Source: Heterodontus francisci (Eukaryota). Taken from it: a stretch of 64,000 nt of DNA. The DNA lies in the NCBI RefSeq assembly GCF_036365525.1, contig NC_090421.1, positions 7,072,725 to 7,136,724 of the forward strand. Direction: 5' to 3'. Of the stretch, positions 1-11,460 are shown piece after piece. Each line of letters begins with the position of its first letter. The stretch's first letter is position 1. Position numbers and translations under genes: made by a program. The notes beneath the pieces are model-generated. The model saw nothing but the letters and a program-made list of their open reading frames with translations, was not told the origin of the DNA and did not search any database.

Positions 1-902
1 AACCGAATCTGCTTTAAAATCTTTACCCTAGGGAATTGAGCAATATCAGTGAGTCATGAAATAGGACTAAAATTGCCACTTCTGGCAAAGGTCACACGAA
101 AAACAAATGCCTACCTATATCTAAGAATGAAGATTGGCCATTTTGGTCAGCAGCAGAGGAGACTTGGTCTTTATGGAGCAGTAGCTCGACAGGAGCAGCT
201 GGGAGAATGTCGGAGAGAAAACTCGAAGAAATTTCGTGGGCATCAAAGCACCATGAAACAAGGCAACAGGTTTACTCTCAATCACACACACAGCAAATTG
301 CCAATTTGCTATATTGCAAGAGAAAGACCCAGGGTAAGGGCAGTCTTAGGGCAGGGGGGGAAAAAAAAAAGATGCCAACCCGAGTCATTCTTATGCACTT
401 CCTAGCAGTTACTTACACAGTAAGAAAGAACCCAAAGGTATGTCATTTTACTGAGCTGACAGAGTAGGGTATGGCATGTTGCATTGTGCGTGATTTAAAG
501 AGAACCTATGGAAGTTGGTGGTGGAGGGGGTGGAAGAAGGGCACGATAAAAATGAAAACAATTTGCAACTTAAATCATTTAGAAATGATAACGATAGCAC
601 TGTACAATGCAAGAAAAAAAGAATTGACTGTTTTGCAGAAATTGGCAAAAGTAATCCTGCATTGTTGATAAGTACAGCAGGATCAAAATGCAACTGTTGC
701 AAAACCTTCAGATGACCTCTGATCCTAATCCGGTGATGTGATTTCATAATCTACAACTCATGATATAATGCTCACAATAGTTTGCAGGTTCACCTCATTA
801 TACAAGCTTCTTACTAAAATGTACATTTCCATGATATTTACAATGAAGTCTTTCTATTTTATTTTATTCAGATTAGAGTTTCACAAGCAGGAGGGCTGAA
901 GC

Positions 903-1204
903 TAAAGCCTGGCTGCCCGACCCGAACCCAACTAGACCCGACTACATGTGTCAGGTCTATATTCTGAGTCCAGCATTCGGGGTCGGGCTGGACACTGCTT
1001 CCGGGAAGTCATGGGATCAGACTTATCCATGATTCCCCACAACTCCAGTTGCAGGAACAGCCTGCTGCCGGAACGGATGAAGGAGATTTGGGTTGGGTCA
1101 GGCACGAAAAAAAATTAAAGGGCTCGGGTTGGGTTGGGTTCGGACTGGTTGTGGTCGGGTCGAGTCCACGTCAGGTTTTAATTTTATACCCGAGCCAGGC
1201 TTCA
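903..1204. mobile_element. hAT-type MITE
   Basis: TIRs TAAAGCCTGGCT / AGCCAGGCTTCA, 8-bp TSD GCTGAAGC (895-902, 1205-1212), subterminal CCCGA/TCGGG repeats. Confidence 0.8.
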
Positions 1205-1649
1205 GCTGAAGCAGAGGCAAGCAATGTTCCAGAGGTGGAAGTAGGAGGTCTTTGTGATGGAGAGGATATCAGGTTGGAAGCACAACTCAGAGTTGAATAG
1301 GATGCTGAGGTTGCGAGCAATTTAGTTCAACCCAAGACAGGGGCTGAGGAGAGGGATGTAATCGGTGGCAAGGGTACAGAGTTTGTGGCGGGGGCGGAGA
1401 CAATAGTTTTGGTCTTTCCCACGTTTCGGAGATGATGGTCATTTAGGCAAGGGACTGAAGAGCAACTGATGCTTGTAAAACTAATAAAAACAGAAAATGC
1501 TGGGAACACTCAGGCACCTCTGAGACACGAATGTATGGTCAGCATTGCAGGTCGATGACCTTTCATCGTAACTGTAAAACTATACACTAGCATGGAGTCA
1601 ATACAGTCAGCACAGCAGGTAGGAGGGGAAAAGCAGCCTTAAAAAAACT

Positions 1650-1965
1650 GAATGAACAACTTCCATTTCTATAGCAGCTTCCACAACCAAGACATTCCAA
1701 AGAGCTTTAGAGCCAATTAAAAAAAAAATTCAGAAGTGTAGTCACTACTGTAATGTCAGAAACATGGCAGCCAATTTGTACATAGCAAGCTCCCACAAAC
1801 AGCAATGTGATACTGACCAGATAATCTGTTTCAGTGATGTTAATTGAGAGAAATGTTGGCCAGGACACTAGGGATAACTCCCTTGCTCTTCTTCAAAGTA
1901 GTGTCATGGGATCTTTTACATCAATCTTGGAGAACTGACAGGACCTCGGTTTAATATCTCACTAA
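1650..1965 (-). mobile_element. DeuSINE (SacSINE1-like) fragment
   Basis: Reverse complement of the Deu-domain core seen at 13960-14620 (tcccatggcactatt, gctgtttgtgggagcttgct). Confidence 0.7.
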
Positions 1966-2874
1966 AATTGAGGGGCAGATACATCATTACTAGTACCCTA
2001 TTCTTGAATCTTTTATGGTTGTACACAGTTACTGATTTTCAAAAACCCAAAAAGGATACATATTGTTGTGAGACTGTTAGAAGAGGTTAGCCAACTTCCA
2101 ACACTTGCAAGCGACAGATTATCTCAGTAATTCTACAAATCAGAAAGAAGCCAATCTGTTCAGTACTCCAGCAAATGCTGCTCTCAGCAATAATGTATTG
2201 ATTGCCAAGTGCTCTATGGGAAGGTTAAAGGTACATTTTATGGTTCCACGTTGTAACAGAAACATTTGACAAATATGCAGAAAACTTTGAGCCTTATGTC
2301 TCAACAAGTACTTGGCACTGGTTTTACTTTAAAGCTCATTCCCTCCCCGGCTCCCCCCTCCGCCGCTCCCCACCCCAACCCCACAAAACCCAGATATTGA
2401 TTCATTATGATTTTCAATGGACTGGTTCGCTCCTTGTCCTTAACCAAAGGCGTTGAAATGCTGGGATATAATACAGAGGGTGCCAACAGTTATCTGCTAC
2501 CTTGCCCAAGTGCCCATTCTTCAAACAGTGAATTTCAACAAGCTGCTTGACAGCCACAGGCATCACAGTCACAGACAAATTTTGTTCTTCCTCAAAGTTC
2601 AAACACGTGCATTTTGCAGTCAGGTCACTAGATATCCATCGGGAGTGGGAACATTGGTTGACTCCATCCATCCCCCCACACCTTCACTCATGGACATGGA
2701 AATAAACTGTAATGGCCACGACTGCCACAGCCTAGACCAACGATCTAGCTACAAATCCTCTTGGTCTGAAATAAAAACAAAATGCTGGAGATACTCAGGT
2801 CTGGCAGCATCCACCGTATTTTGCTTTTATCCTCTTGGTCTGGATGGATTAAATGATGTATTTACCCACTGAGC

Positions 2875-3176
2875 TATTTATTTAGAGATACAGCACTGAA
2901 ACAGGCCCACCGAGTCTGTGCCAATCAACAACCACCCATTTATACTAACCCTACAGTAATCCCATATTCCCTAACACCAACCTATACTAGGGGCAATTTA
3001 CAACGGCCAATTTACCTATCAATCTGCAAGTTTTTGGCTGTGGGAGGAAACCGGAGTACCCGGCAAAAACCCATGTGGTCACAGGGAGAACTTGCAAACT
3101 CCACACAGGCTGTACCCAGAATCGAACCCGGGTCACTGGAGTTGTGAGGCTGCGGTGCTAACCACTGCGCCGCCCC
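2875..3176 (-). mobile_element. HE1-like tRNA-derived V-SINE
   Basis: Reverse complement of the 62600-62949 element, with small deletions. Confidence 0.85.
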
Positions 3177-5017
3177 TTATTGCACACAGAGGCAATTAAG
3201 TTCTGCTGTTGTCAAATATTAGTTAATTTAAATATCAAGTGGTGTTGGTGGGGGTGGGGGGGGGGGGGGGGGCGGGGGAGAAAGTTGTTGTCACGTCTTT
3301 TATGTAGCGGATTGGTGTACAATATGGAAGTCACACAATTTTCCTGAAGAATGTTGCCAAATGCAAATATTCATGCCAAAACTTAATCTAAACACAAGTC
3401 AGCACAAAATGTTGAAAAGCTGGGCAATTTACCAGAGCCTAACACCATGTTGGGTTAGAAAGCGTCTCTGAAAGCAGTACCGGATATAATTCATTCAAGG
3501 GAGTATAAACACATTACATGCATCACATTCACAATGACAAACAGAAGATATACCAACCTATTGTGTGATAATGCAAGTGGCATACTCTTCACATAGCCAC
3601 CATTTTAAAAAACAAAGTAAAAATTGCATCAGGCAACACAAAGGATAACAATTAAAATTTCTATTTCACTCAAAAGGAGATAAATCAGCATACAACTTCA
3701 ACTGTTTCTCTCAATAACTGTGCAGTGCCAAATATACTTTTATATTTTCATACATTCTGGCTATGCGTTTTAACTTAAGTTGGTTATTTCTCTGGGATCA
3801 CCTTGGAGGACAAGGACAATTCCAAACTCCTCTTTACTTCTAACTGCCACCTTCGTCCTCCCACAACCACATGAAGAATAAGGAGCTCATGGATTTCTTA
3901 AATTGCTTTTTACCATGGTCTTTGACTGGGGACTCCTGTCACAAGGGTCTCATGCAGCCAGTGGTGATGTGAAAAGCAACTTGCTCGATTTTTGTACCAT
4001 GGTAGCCAAAACCCTTTCTAAAAACTGCATCTTCCTGGGGCCAGTGAAAATGGTGCTCCAGCAGCAACCATCTCACACACACACACACAGACTCCCTATT
4101 CAAATTCCTCCCATCTACAGCACCATATGTTTTTTTGTTAAAAACACAAAAATTACAAAACAGAACAAGCCATTTGGGCCAAATAGTCAGTGTTGGTGTT
4201 TATCCTCCACACAAGCAGTAGGTCTAAACCCAAGCACCCACTCTGTTCCCACATCACTTCAGTCCCCATTCCTTCAACCACCTATCCTACACTTAAAACG
4301 TGGACATGGTTTCTGCTTCCATCATTAATGCTGATAGGGTTGAGAAGCTGCCGAATGCACCGTATTTAAAAATAGTATCTCCTGCTGTCCTAAATTGCTC
4401 ACATTTAATCTTTTACATATATCCCCTCATTCTAGATCCCCGAATCATTTTTTTCTATCTACTCTGTTCCACCTCTTCATAACTTTCAACACCTCTATCA
4501 AATCACTCTTTAATCTCCTCTGTTCTAACCAACAGACCCGATTCAAAGTCCCAATACCTCACGTGACTGCAATTACGACATAATATCCAACTTTGACTTT
4601 TGACAGGATTGATCATGGCATCCTTTTCCATTTCTCTTCCACAGTCCATCTCAGGGGCACCATCCCAGTTTGGTTCTGTTCCTACTTTTCCCAGTTTAGG
4701 TCATACATCATCTCCTAGAGCTTCTCCTCCAGCCCCTCCACATACACATGTCCAAGACTCAATCCTTAGCCTCCTTTTCCCTTTATCCATGAAGGTTTTG
4801 GAGATGGTACAGGATGGTTCCAGGGATGAGGGATTACAGTTACCTGGAGACTGGGGAAGCTGGGGTTGATCTCCTTAGAGCAGAGAAGGCCAAGAGGAGA
4901 TTTGATAGACGTGTTTAAAATCATGAAAGGTTTAGATAGAATAAATGAAAAAGCTGTTTCTAATGGCTGAAGGGCTGATAATTAGAGGGCACAGATTTAA
5001 GGTGATTTACATAAGAA

Positions 5018-8000
5018 GGAGCTGCGGGACCCGAGAGAAGTCCTGTGAAAAGGTGCCCCGAGCACCCAAAACATCCACGAACGGCCCCCCCGGCCGCAAC
5101 TTCAAAGCGCCCGCGGGAGATGGCTCGGAGAGCATCTGCAGCGCACTGTCGGCAATGCTGCATGCCTTTATTTAAACCACTGCAAAAAAAACCCTTAGCA
5201 AATGTAATCACCTAAGTCTGCCAAATGATGCTTCACCTCCCGAAGGACGTGGATGAGCTTTCCGGACGCCGATGGTGGGCACTGAGGAAATGGCTTATTA
5301 CCTGCACCAGATTCCACCCCCCCTCCCCCCCCCTTTACCCCCCCCCACCCCCGTCCCCTTCCCTGCTCCACCCTCTCAGCTCACCCCCTCACAACCCCGT
5401 CCCAGCCCGCCCCCCCCCGCACCATCTTCACCCCGCACCCCCTTCCCCTGCACCCCCCCCCCACCCCCTCCCTCTACCCCTCCCCCTTGCATCCCCTCCT
5501 CCCACCGGCACCATCCTACACCTGTGTAGGGGCCCCAACAACCCCACTGCCTTGTGGGCGTCTCGGGAGAGACCAAAGCTAAGGGAGTAAACCCTAACAG
5601 AAAATCCGGAGCGGAACCCCGTAGGCGGTCATGTGTCACCTTTGGCATGTTTCCGGCAGTTCCTGCAGCCATACTGGTGCCAAACGTCGTGTCCTGCACT
5701 CCTTTGGACCCCACCAGAAAGGCCGAGAGGGGGGTTTTGACGACTGGGCAACTCTCAACCTCCATAAATTTGCCCAGGCATGCGCCATGGAGAGGTCACT
5801 CCATAGTTGCCTCACAGCGACTAAAACAACACGGAAGGCAGCAGTTACGGGTTATAAGTCCAGATAAATTGGCGTAGAAACTGGGCGCCACGGGTTGCCT
5901 TTGTCGGTGGGAGAGGTCATTGCACCTCACTGGACAGCTACCGCCCGCCTCAAACCGGGCAGCCCCCGGTCAATAAGGTTCTGTCCCGCCACAGTCTGCC
6001 TGCTTCAATGGGTGCTTGGAGCTCAGGGTCATTGCCCGAAAGGTGGACTGATACACCGCACCAAACAACATGAAAAAAGGAAAGAAGGTACCAGCCCTTC
6101 GCTTTGCAAGCTGGAACGTCAGAACTATGTGTCCTGGCCTGTCGGAAGACCTTACACAAATCAACGATTCTCGGAAGACCGCCATCATTAACAACGAGCT
6201 CAGTAGACTCAATGTAGACATTGCAGCACTTCAGGAGACTCGCCTCCCCGCGAGTGGCTCTCTAGCAGAGCAAGACTACACCTTCTTCTGGCAGGGCAGG
6301 GATCCTGAAGAACCAAGACAGCATGGAGTGGGCTTCGCCATCAGAAACTCCTTGCTCAGCATGATAGAGCCTCCCTCAAATGGCTCGGAACGCATACTGT
6401 CCATCCGACTGCTCACCACCTCTGGTCCAGTACACCTACTCAGCATCTATGCTCCAACACTCTGCTCCGCACCTGAAGCTAAAGACCAGTTCTATGAACA
6501 ACTCCATATCATTAGCAGCATCCCCAACACCGAACACCTATTCCTGCTGGGGGACTTTAATGCCAGGGTTGGGGCCGACCATGACTCATGGCCCTCCTGC
6601 CTTGGGCGCTATGGCGTTGGAAGGATGAATGAGAACGGGCAGAGACTGCTTGAGTTGTGTACCTATCATAACCTCTGCATCACCAACTCGTTCTTTCACA
6701 CTAAACCCTGTCACCAGGTTTCATGGAGGCACCCAAGATCACGTCGTTGGCACCAGCTAGACCTCATTGTCACAAGGCGAGCCGCCTTAAACAGTGTTCA
6801 AATCACACGCAGCTTCCACAGTGCGGACTGCGACACCGACCACTCCCTGGTGTGCAGCAAGGTTAGACTCAGACCAAAGAAGTTGCATCATTCCAAGCAG
6901 AAGGGCCACCCGCGCATCAACACGAGCAGAATTTCTCACCCACAGCTGTTACAAAAATTTCTAAATTCACTTGTAACAGCCCTTCAAAACACTCCCACAG
7001 GGGATGCTGAGACCAAGTGGGCCCACATCAGAGACGCCATCTATGAGTCAGCTTTGACCACCTACGGCAAAAGTGCGAAGAGAAATGCAGACTGGTTTCA
7101 ATCTCATAATGAAGAGCTGGAACCTGTCATAGCCGCTAAGCGCATTGCACTTTTGAACTACAAGAAAGCCCCCAGCGATTTAACATCCGCAGCACTTAAA
7201 GCAGCCAGAAGTACTGCACAAAGAACAGCTAGGCGTTGCGCAAACGACTACTGGCAACACCTATGCAGTCATATTCAGCTGGCCTCAGACACCGGAAACA
7301 TCAGAGGAATGTATGATGGCATGAAGAGAGCTCTTGGGCCAACCATCAAGAAGATCGCCCCCCTCAAATCTAAATCGGGGGACATAATCACTGACCAACG
7401 CAAACAGATGGACCGCTGGGTTGAGCACTACCTAGAACTGTACTCCAGGGAGAATGCTGTCACTGAGACTGCCCTCAATGCAGCCCAGCCTCTACCAGTC
7501 ATGGATGAGCTGGACATACAGCCAACCAAATCGGAACTCAGTGATGCCATTGATTCCCTAGCCAGCGGAAAAGCCCCTGGGAAGGACAGCATTACCCCTG
7601 AAATAATCAAGAGTGCCAAGCCTGCTATACTCTCAGCACTACATGAACTGCTATGCCTGTGCTGGGACGAGGGAGCAGTACCCCAGGACATGCGCGATGC
7701 CAACATCATCACCCTCTATAAAAACAAAGGTGACCGCGGTGACTGCAACAACTACCGTGGAATCTCCCTGCTCAGCATAGTGGGGAAAGTCTTTGCTCGA
7801 GTCGCTCTGAACAGGCTCCAGAAGCTGGCCGAGCGCGTCTACCCTGAGGCACAGTGTGGCTTTCGTGCAGAGAGATCGACTATTGACATGCTGTTCTCCC
7901 TTCGTCAGATACAGGAGAAATGCCGTGAACAACAGATGCCCCTCTACATTGCTTTCATTGATCTCACCAAAGCCTTTGACCTCGTCAGCAGACGTGGTCT

Positions 8001-9309
8001 CTTCAGACTACTAGAAAAGATCGGATGTCCACCAAAGCTACTAAGTATCATCACCTCATTCCATGACAATATGAAAGGCACAATTCAACATGGTGGCTCC
8101 TCATCAGAGCCCTTTCCTATCCTGAGTGGTGTGAAACAGGGCTGTGTTCTCGCACCCACACTTTTTGGGATTTTCTTCTCCCTGCTGCTTTCACATGCGT
8201 TCAAATCCTCTGAAGAAGGAATTTTCCTCCACACAAGATCAGGGGGCAGGTTGTTCAACCTTGCCCGTCTAAGAGCGAAGTCCAAAGTACGGAAAGTCCT
8301 CATCAGAGAACTCCTCTTTGCTGACGATGCTGCTTTAACATCTCACACTGAAGAATGCCTGCAGAGTCTCATCGACAGGTTTGCGTCTGCCTGCAATGAA
8401 TTTGGCCTAACCATCAGCCTCAAGAAAACGAACATCATGGGGCAGGATGTCAGAAATGCTCCATCCATCAATATTGGCGACCACGCTCTGGAAGTGGTTC
8501 AAGAGTTCACCTACCTAGGCTCAACTATCACCAGTAACCTGTCTCTAGATGCAGAAATCAACAAGCGCATGGGTAAGGCTTCCACTGCTATGTCCAGACT
8601 GGCCAAGAGAGTGTGGGAAAATGGCGCACTGACACGGAACACAAAAGTCCGAGTGTATCAGGCCTGTGTCCTCAGTACCTTGCTCTACGGCAGCGAGGCC
8701 TGGACAACGTATGCCAGCCAAGAGCGACGTCTCAATTCATTCCATCTTCGCTGCCTTCGGAGAATACTTGGCATCAGGTGGCAGGACTATATCTCCAACA
8801 CAGAAGTCCTTGAAGCGGCCAACACCCCCAGCTTATACACACTACTGAGTCAGCGGCGCTTGAGATGGCTTGGCCATGTGAGCCGCATGGAAGATGGCAG
8901 GATCCCCAAAGACACATTGTACAGCGAGCTCGCCACTGGTATCAGACCCACCGGCCGTCCATGTCTCCGTTATAAAGACGTCTGCAAACGCGACATGAAA
9001 TCGTGTGACATTGATCACAAGTCGTGGGAGTCAGTTGCCAGCATTCGCCAGAGCTGGCGGGCAGCCATAAAGACAGGGCTAAATTGTGGCGAGTCGAAGA
9101 GACTTAGTAGTTGGCAGGAAAAAAGACAGAGGCGCAAGGGGAGAGCCAACTGTGCAACAGCCCCAACAAACAAATTTCTCTGCAGCACCTGTGGAAGAGC
9201 CTGTCACTCCAGAATTGGCCTTTATAGCCACTCCAGGCGCTGCTTCACAAACCACTGACCACCTCCAGGCGCGTATCCATTGTCTCTCGAGATAAGGAGG
9301 CCCAAAAGA
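5018..9309 (+). mobile_element. Full-length RTE (BovB-like) LINE in LMBR1L intron 1, antisense to the gene
   Basis: TSD ACATAAGAA at 5009-5017 and 9310-9318. Single long ORF, short 3' UTR with a GTCTC/GAGAY hairpin and an A/GAA tail. It splits an older CR1 3' remnant. Confidence 0.9.
6070..9258 (+). CDS. RTE ORF: APE endonuclease + reverse transcriptase + C-terminal C2H2-like zinc finger, 1062 aa, uninterrupted
   Basis: Motifs SWNVRT, LQETR, GDFNA, TDH (APE); QCGFR, DLTKAFD, GVKQG, LFADD (RT); RRLRWLGHV; CSTCGRACHSRIGLYSH. Confidence 0.93.
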   Translation: MKKGKKVPALRFASWNVRTMCPGLSEDLTQINDSRKTAIINNELSRLNVDIAALQETRLPASGSLAEQDYTFFWQGRDPEEPRQHGVGFAIRNSLLSMIEPPSNGSERILSIRLLTTSGPVHLLSIYAPTLCSAPEAKDQFYEQLHIISSIPNTEHLFLLGDFNARVGADHDSWPSCLGRYGVGRMNENGQRLLELCTYHNLCITNSFFHTKPCHQVSWRHPRSRRWHQLDLIVTRRAALNSVQITRSFHSADCDTDHSLVCSKVRLRPKKLHHSKQKGHPRINTSRISHPQLLQKFLNSLVTALQNTPTGDAETKWAHIRDAIYESALTTYGKSAKRNADWFQSHNEELEPVIAAKRIALLNYKKAPSDLTSAALKAARSTAQRTARRCANDYWQHLCSHIQLASDTGNIRGMYDGMKRALGPTIKKIAPLKSKSGDIITDQRKQMDRWVEHYLELYSRENAVTETALNAAQPLPVMDELDIQPTKSELSDAIDSLASGKAPGKDSITPEIIKSAKPAILSALHELLCLCWDEGAVPQDMRDANIITLYKNKGDRGDCNNYRGISLLSIVGKVFARVALNRLQKLAERVYPEAQCGFRAERSTIDMLFSLRQIQEKCREQQMPLYIAFIDLTKAFDLVSRRGLFRLLEKIGCPPKLLSIITSFHDNMKGTIQHGGSSSEPFPILSGVKQGCVLAPTLFGIFFSLLLSHAFKSSEEGIFLHTRSGGRLFNLARLRAKSKVRKVLIRELLFADDAALTSHTEECLQSLIDRFASACNEFGLTISLKKTNIMGQDVRNAPSINIGDHALEVVQEFTYLGSTITSNLSLDAEINKRMGKASTAMSRLAKRVWENGALTRNTKVRVYQACVLSTLLYGSEAWTTYASQERRLNSFHLRCLRRILGIRWQDYISNTEVLEAANTPSLYTLLSQRRLRWLGHVSRMEDGRIPKDTLYSELATGIRPTGRPCLRYKDVCKRDMKSCDIDHKSWESVASIRQSWRAAIKTGLNCGESKRLSSWQEKRQRRKGRANCATAPTNKFLCSTCGRACHSRIGLYSHSRRCFTNH

Positions 9310-9994
9310 ACATAAGAACTAAAGGAAAAACCTTTTCTTATCAGGCAATGCAAATCCTAACTACTTGTTGCATTTTAAGGTGATGAAAATAAATTCAATA
9401 GTAGTTTTTAAAAAGTGAATTGGATAAATACTTGAAAGAAAAAAAATGCAGGGATACGAGGAAACAACAGGGGAGTGGGACTAACTGGATAGATTCCTCA
9501 AGAGATTCAATGGGCTGAGTGGTCTCCTTCTGTGATGTACTATTCTGTGATTCTGTCTACGTGCTGTGCCTCACCACCATCATCTGTAAACATATATTAT
9601 ATATAATAACTTCAATTTTACATACTGTACAGCATTTGGATATTACTGTTATATTAAGTTCAAATTTGCTCCAAATCCTACACTTAATGTCCATAGCGTT
9701 GGACACCAGGGCAGGATCCCAACACAGCACACAATAGACAACCTCTGAATGTGTGATTCAAGGTTCAAAGAAAACACTCCATCCATATAGAACCAGTAAC
9801 ATACCTCATTTTGGTTTTCAAGCCCAGTAGAGTCAGTAAAGTCTCAGTGAATAAATGGGAATATTAAGCACAGCAAAAATGGTTTGCCGTATTCCATTAA
9901 GGTTTGACTATATCTTAACACGCATGAAGATATAACTCAATGATGGGGTACTTGTTTTACAGTTAACATACTAAAGATTCCCTCATTACTTGAC

Positions 9995-10685
9995 AAACAT
10001 AGAATGGTTACAGCTCAAAAGGCAGTCATTTGGCCTGCTGGCTCTCTGAAAGAGCAACTCAGCTAGTCCCACTCCCCCACCTTTTCCTGTAGCCCTGAAA
10101 ATTTTCTCTTTTGAAAGCCACAATCGAATCTGCTTCCACCACTCTCAGGCACTGCATTCCAGATCCTAACTACTCACTGCGTAAAAAAAGTTTCTCATGT
10201 CGCTACTGCTTCTTTGTTACTCACCTTAAATCGGTGTCCCCGGTTCTCGACCTTTCCACCAATGGGAACAATTTCTCCCCATCTACTCAGTCTAAACCCC
10301 TCATGATTTTGAACACCTCTATCATATCTCCTCTCCTCCAAGGAGAACAGCCCCAGCTTCTCCAATCTATCCACATAACTGAAGTCCTTAATTCCTGGAA
10401 CTAATCTTGTAACTCTTTTCTGTACCTACGCCAATGCGTTCACACCTTCCCTAAAGTGTGGTGCCCAGAATGGGACACAATGCTCCAGTTGAGGCCGAAC
10501 TAGTGTTTTATAAAGGGTCACCATAACTTCCTTGTTTTTGTACTCTATACCTCCATTTATTAAGCCCAGAATCCTGTATGCCTTTTTAACCACTTTCTCA
10601 ATGAGCTCTGCCACTTTCAATGATTGCACATATGTCCCCAGGTCCCTCTGCTCCTACACCCCTTTTAGAATTGTACTTTATATTG
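9995..10685 (-). mobile_element. CR1 LINE 3' fragment
   Basis: Minus-strand LYKTLVRPQLEHCVPFWAPH motif and a CR1-type 3' UTR. Confidence 0.75.
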
Positions 10686-10958
10686 TCTCCCCCTCCCCTC
10701 CCCTCCCCTCCTCTCCCCTCCTCCTCCTCCTCTCTCTCTCCAATCATCCAACCAAATATACCATTTCACACAATTAGTTTCAAATGGGAAGGGAGACAGC
10801 ACTCATACTTTTACATGTGTTGAGTATTGGTCCAAGAGATCTTCTTTTAAAAATCTTTCGAGCGCTGAATTCAACTGTGCAAAAGACTTATATTCCACCT
10901 TGATTAAGAATTAAAGGAAAGTCATCATTCAGCGTTCCAAAAATCCAAATAAACTTAC

Positions 10959-11018
10959 AATAGACTCACGAACTCGGTTGTGAAAGAGCTTTGCTCTAAT
11001 CATAACGTCGTCTTCCAT
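10959..11018 (-). CDS. LMBR1L: LMBR1-like membrane protein (LMBR1L), coding exon 1; downstream exons not located, gene presumably continues beyond the left edge
   Basis: The minus strand reads gcgATGg GAA GAC GAC... = MEDDVMIRAKLFHNRVRESI, followed by a canonical gtaagt donor (phase 0). This resembles LMBR1/LMBR1L N-termini (human LMBR1L ...VREQLFHERIRECI). The exon sits below a CpG/CCAAT-rich promoter and next to an alpha-tubulin cluster, as human LMBR1L does. Not in the ORF track (too short). Confidence 0.8.
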
Positions 11019-11099
11019 CGCGACCCTTCATGGCTAAAAGGACGCACGCTACCTGTTGACTCTGTCTATAAAGTTGGCGATCTCCACAGCTCCAGCTTC

Positions 11100-11460
11100 A
11101 CACGGCAGCAGGCTTCCAATCTGCCACCCGCTACATAATCACCATGGAACACGGTCCCGGATTGGCTGGCAGACACCACGAGAAACATAGCCCCAAACAT
11201 ACCATTGGCAGAGAGAAACTACCAAATAGAAGGTGGCGTATGGTTGGCTAGAACGCATCTCAGGCGATGCGCGATTGGCTGAGATTGGCTTCACGTATAA
11301 GCTGATTGGTGAGAAGCGTGAAGAAGCTAACCAATAGTGAAAGGAAATGGAAAGAGTTTGCGCATCTGATTGGCTGCGATTTTGTACGATGTATAATATA
11401 ATTGGCTGAAATGAGAGGTGAGAATGAATGCTTGACTGAAACGTTTAATTGGTTGAACAT
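11100..11460 (-). promoter_or_regulatory. LMBR1L promoter with clustered CCAAT (NF-Y) boxes
   Basis: ATTGG/CCAAT at 11161, 11204, 11274, 11284, 11305, 11331, 11369, 11401 and 11448, in locally CpG-enriched sequence just upstream of exon 1. Confidence 0.7.

Noticed and set aside
5225-5590. Proline-rich ORF
   Set aside because: Translation of low-complexity poly-C inside the RTE leader.
1-10958. LMBR1L exon 2 or a ZRS-like enhancer paralogue
   Set aside because: No segment encoding the expected hydrophobic exon 2 was found by eye, and ZRS lies in LMBR1 intron 5 rather than intron 1; nothing supportable here.
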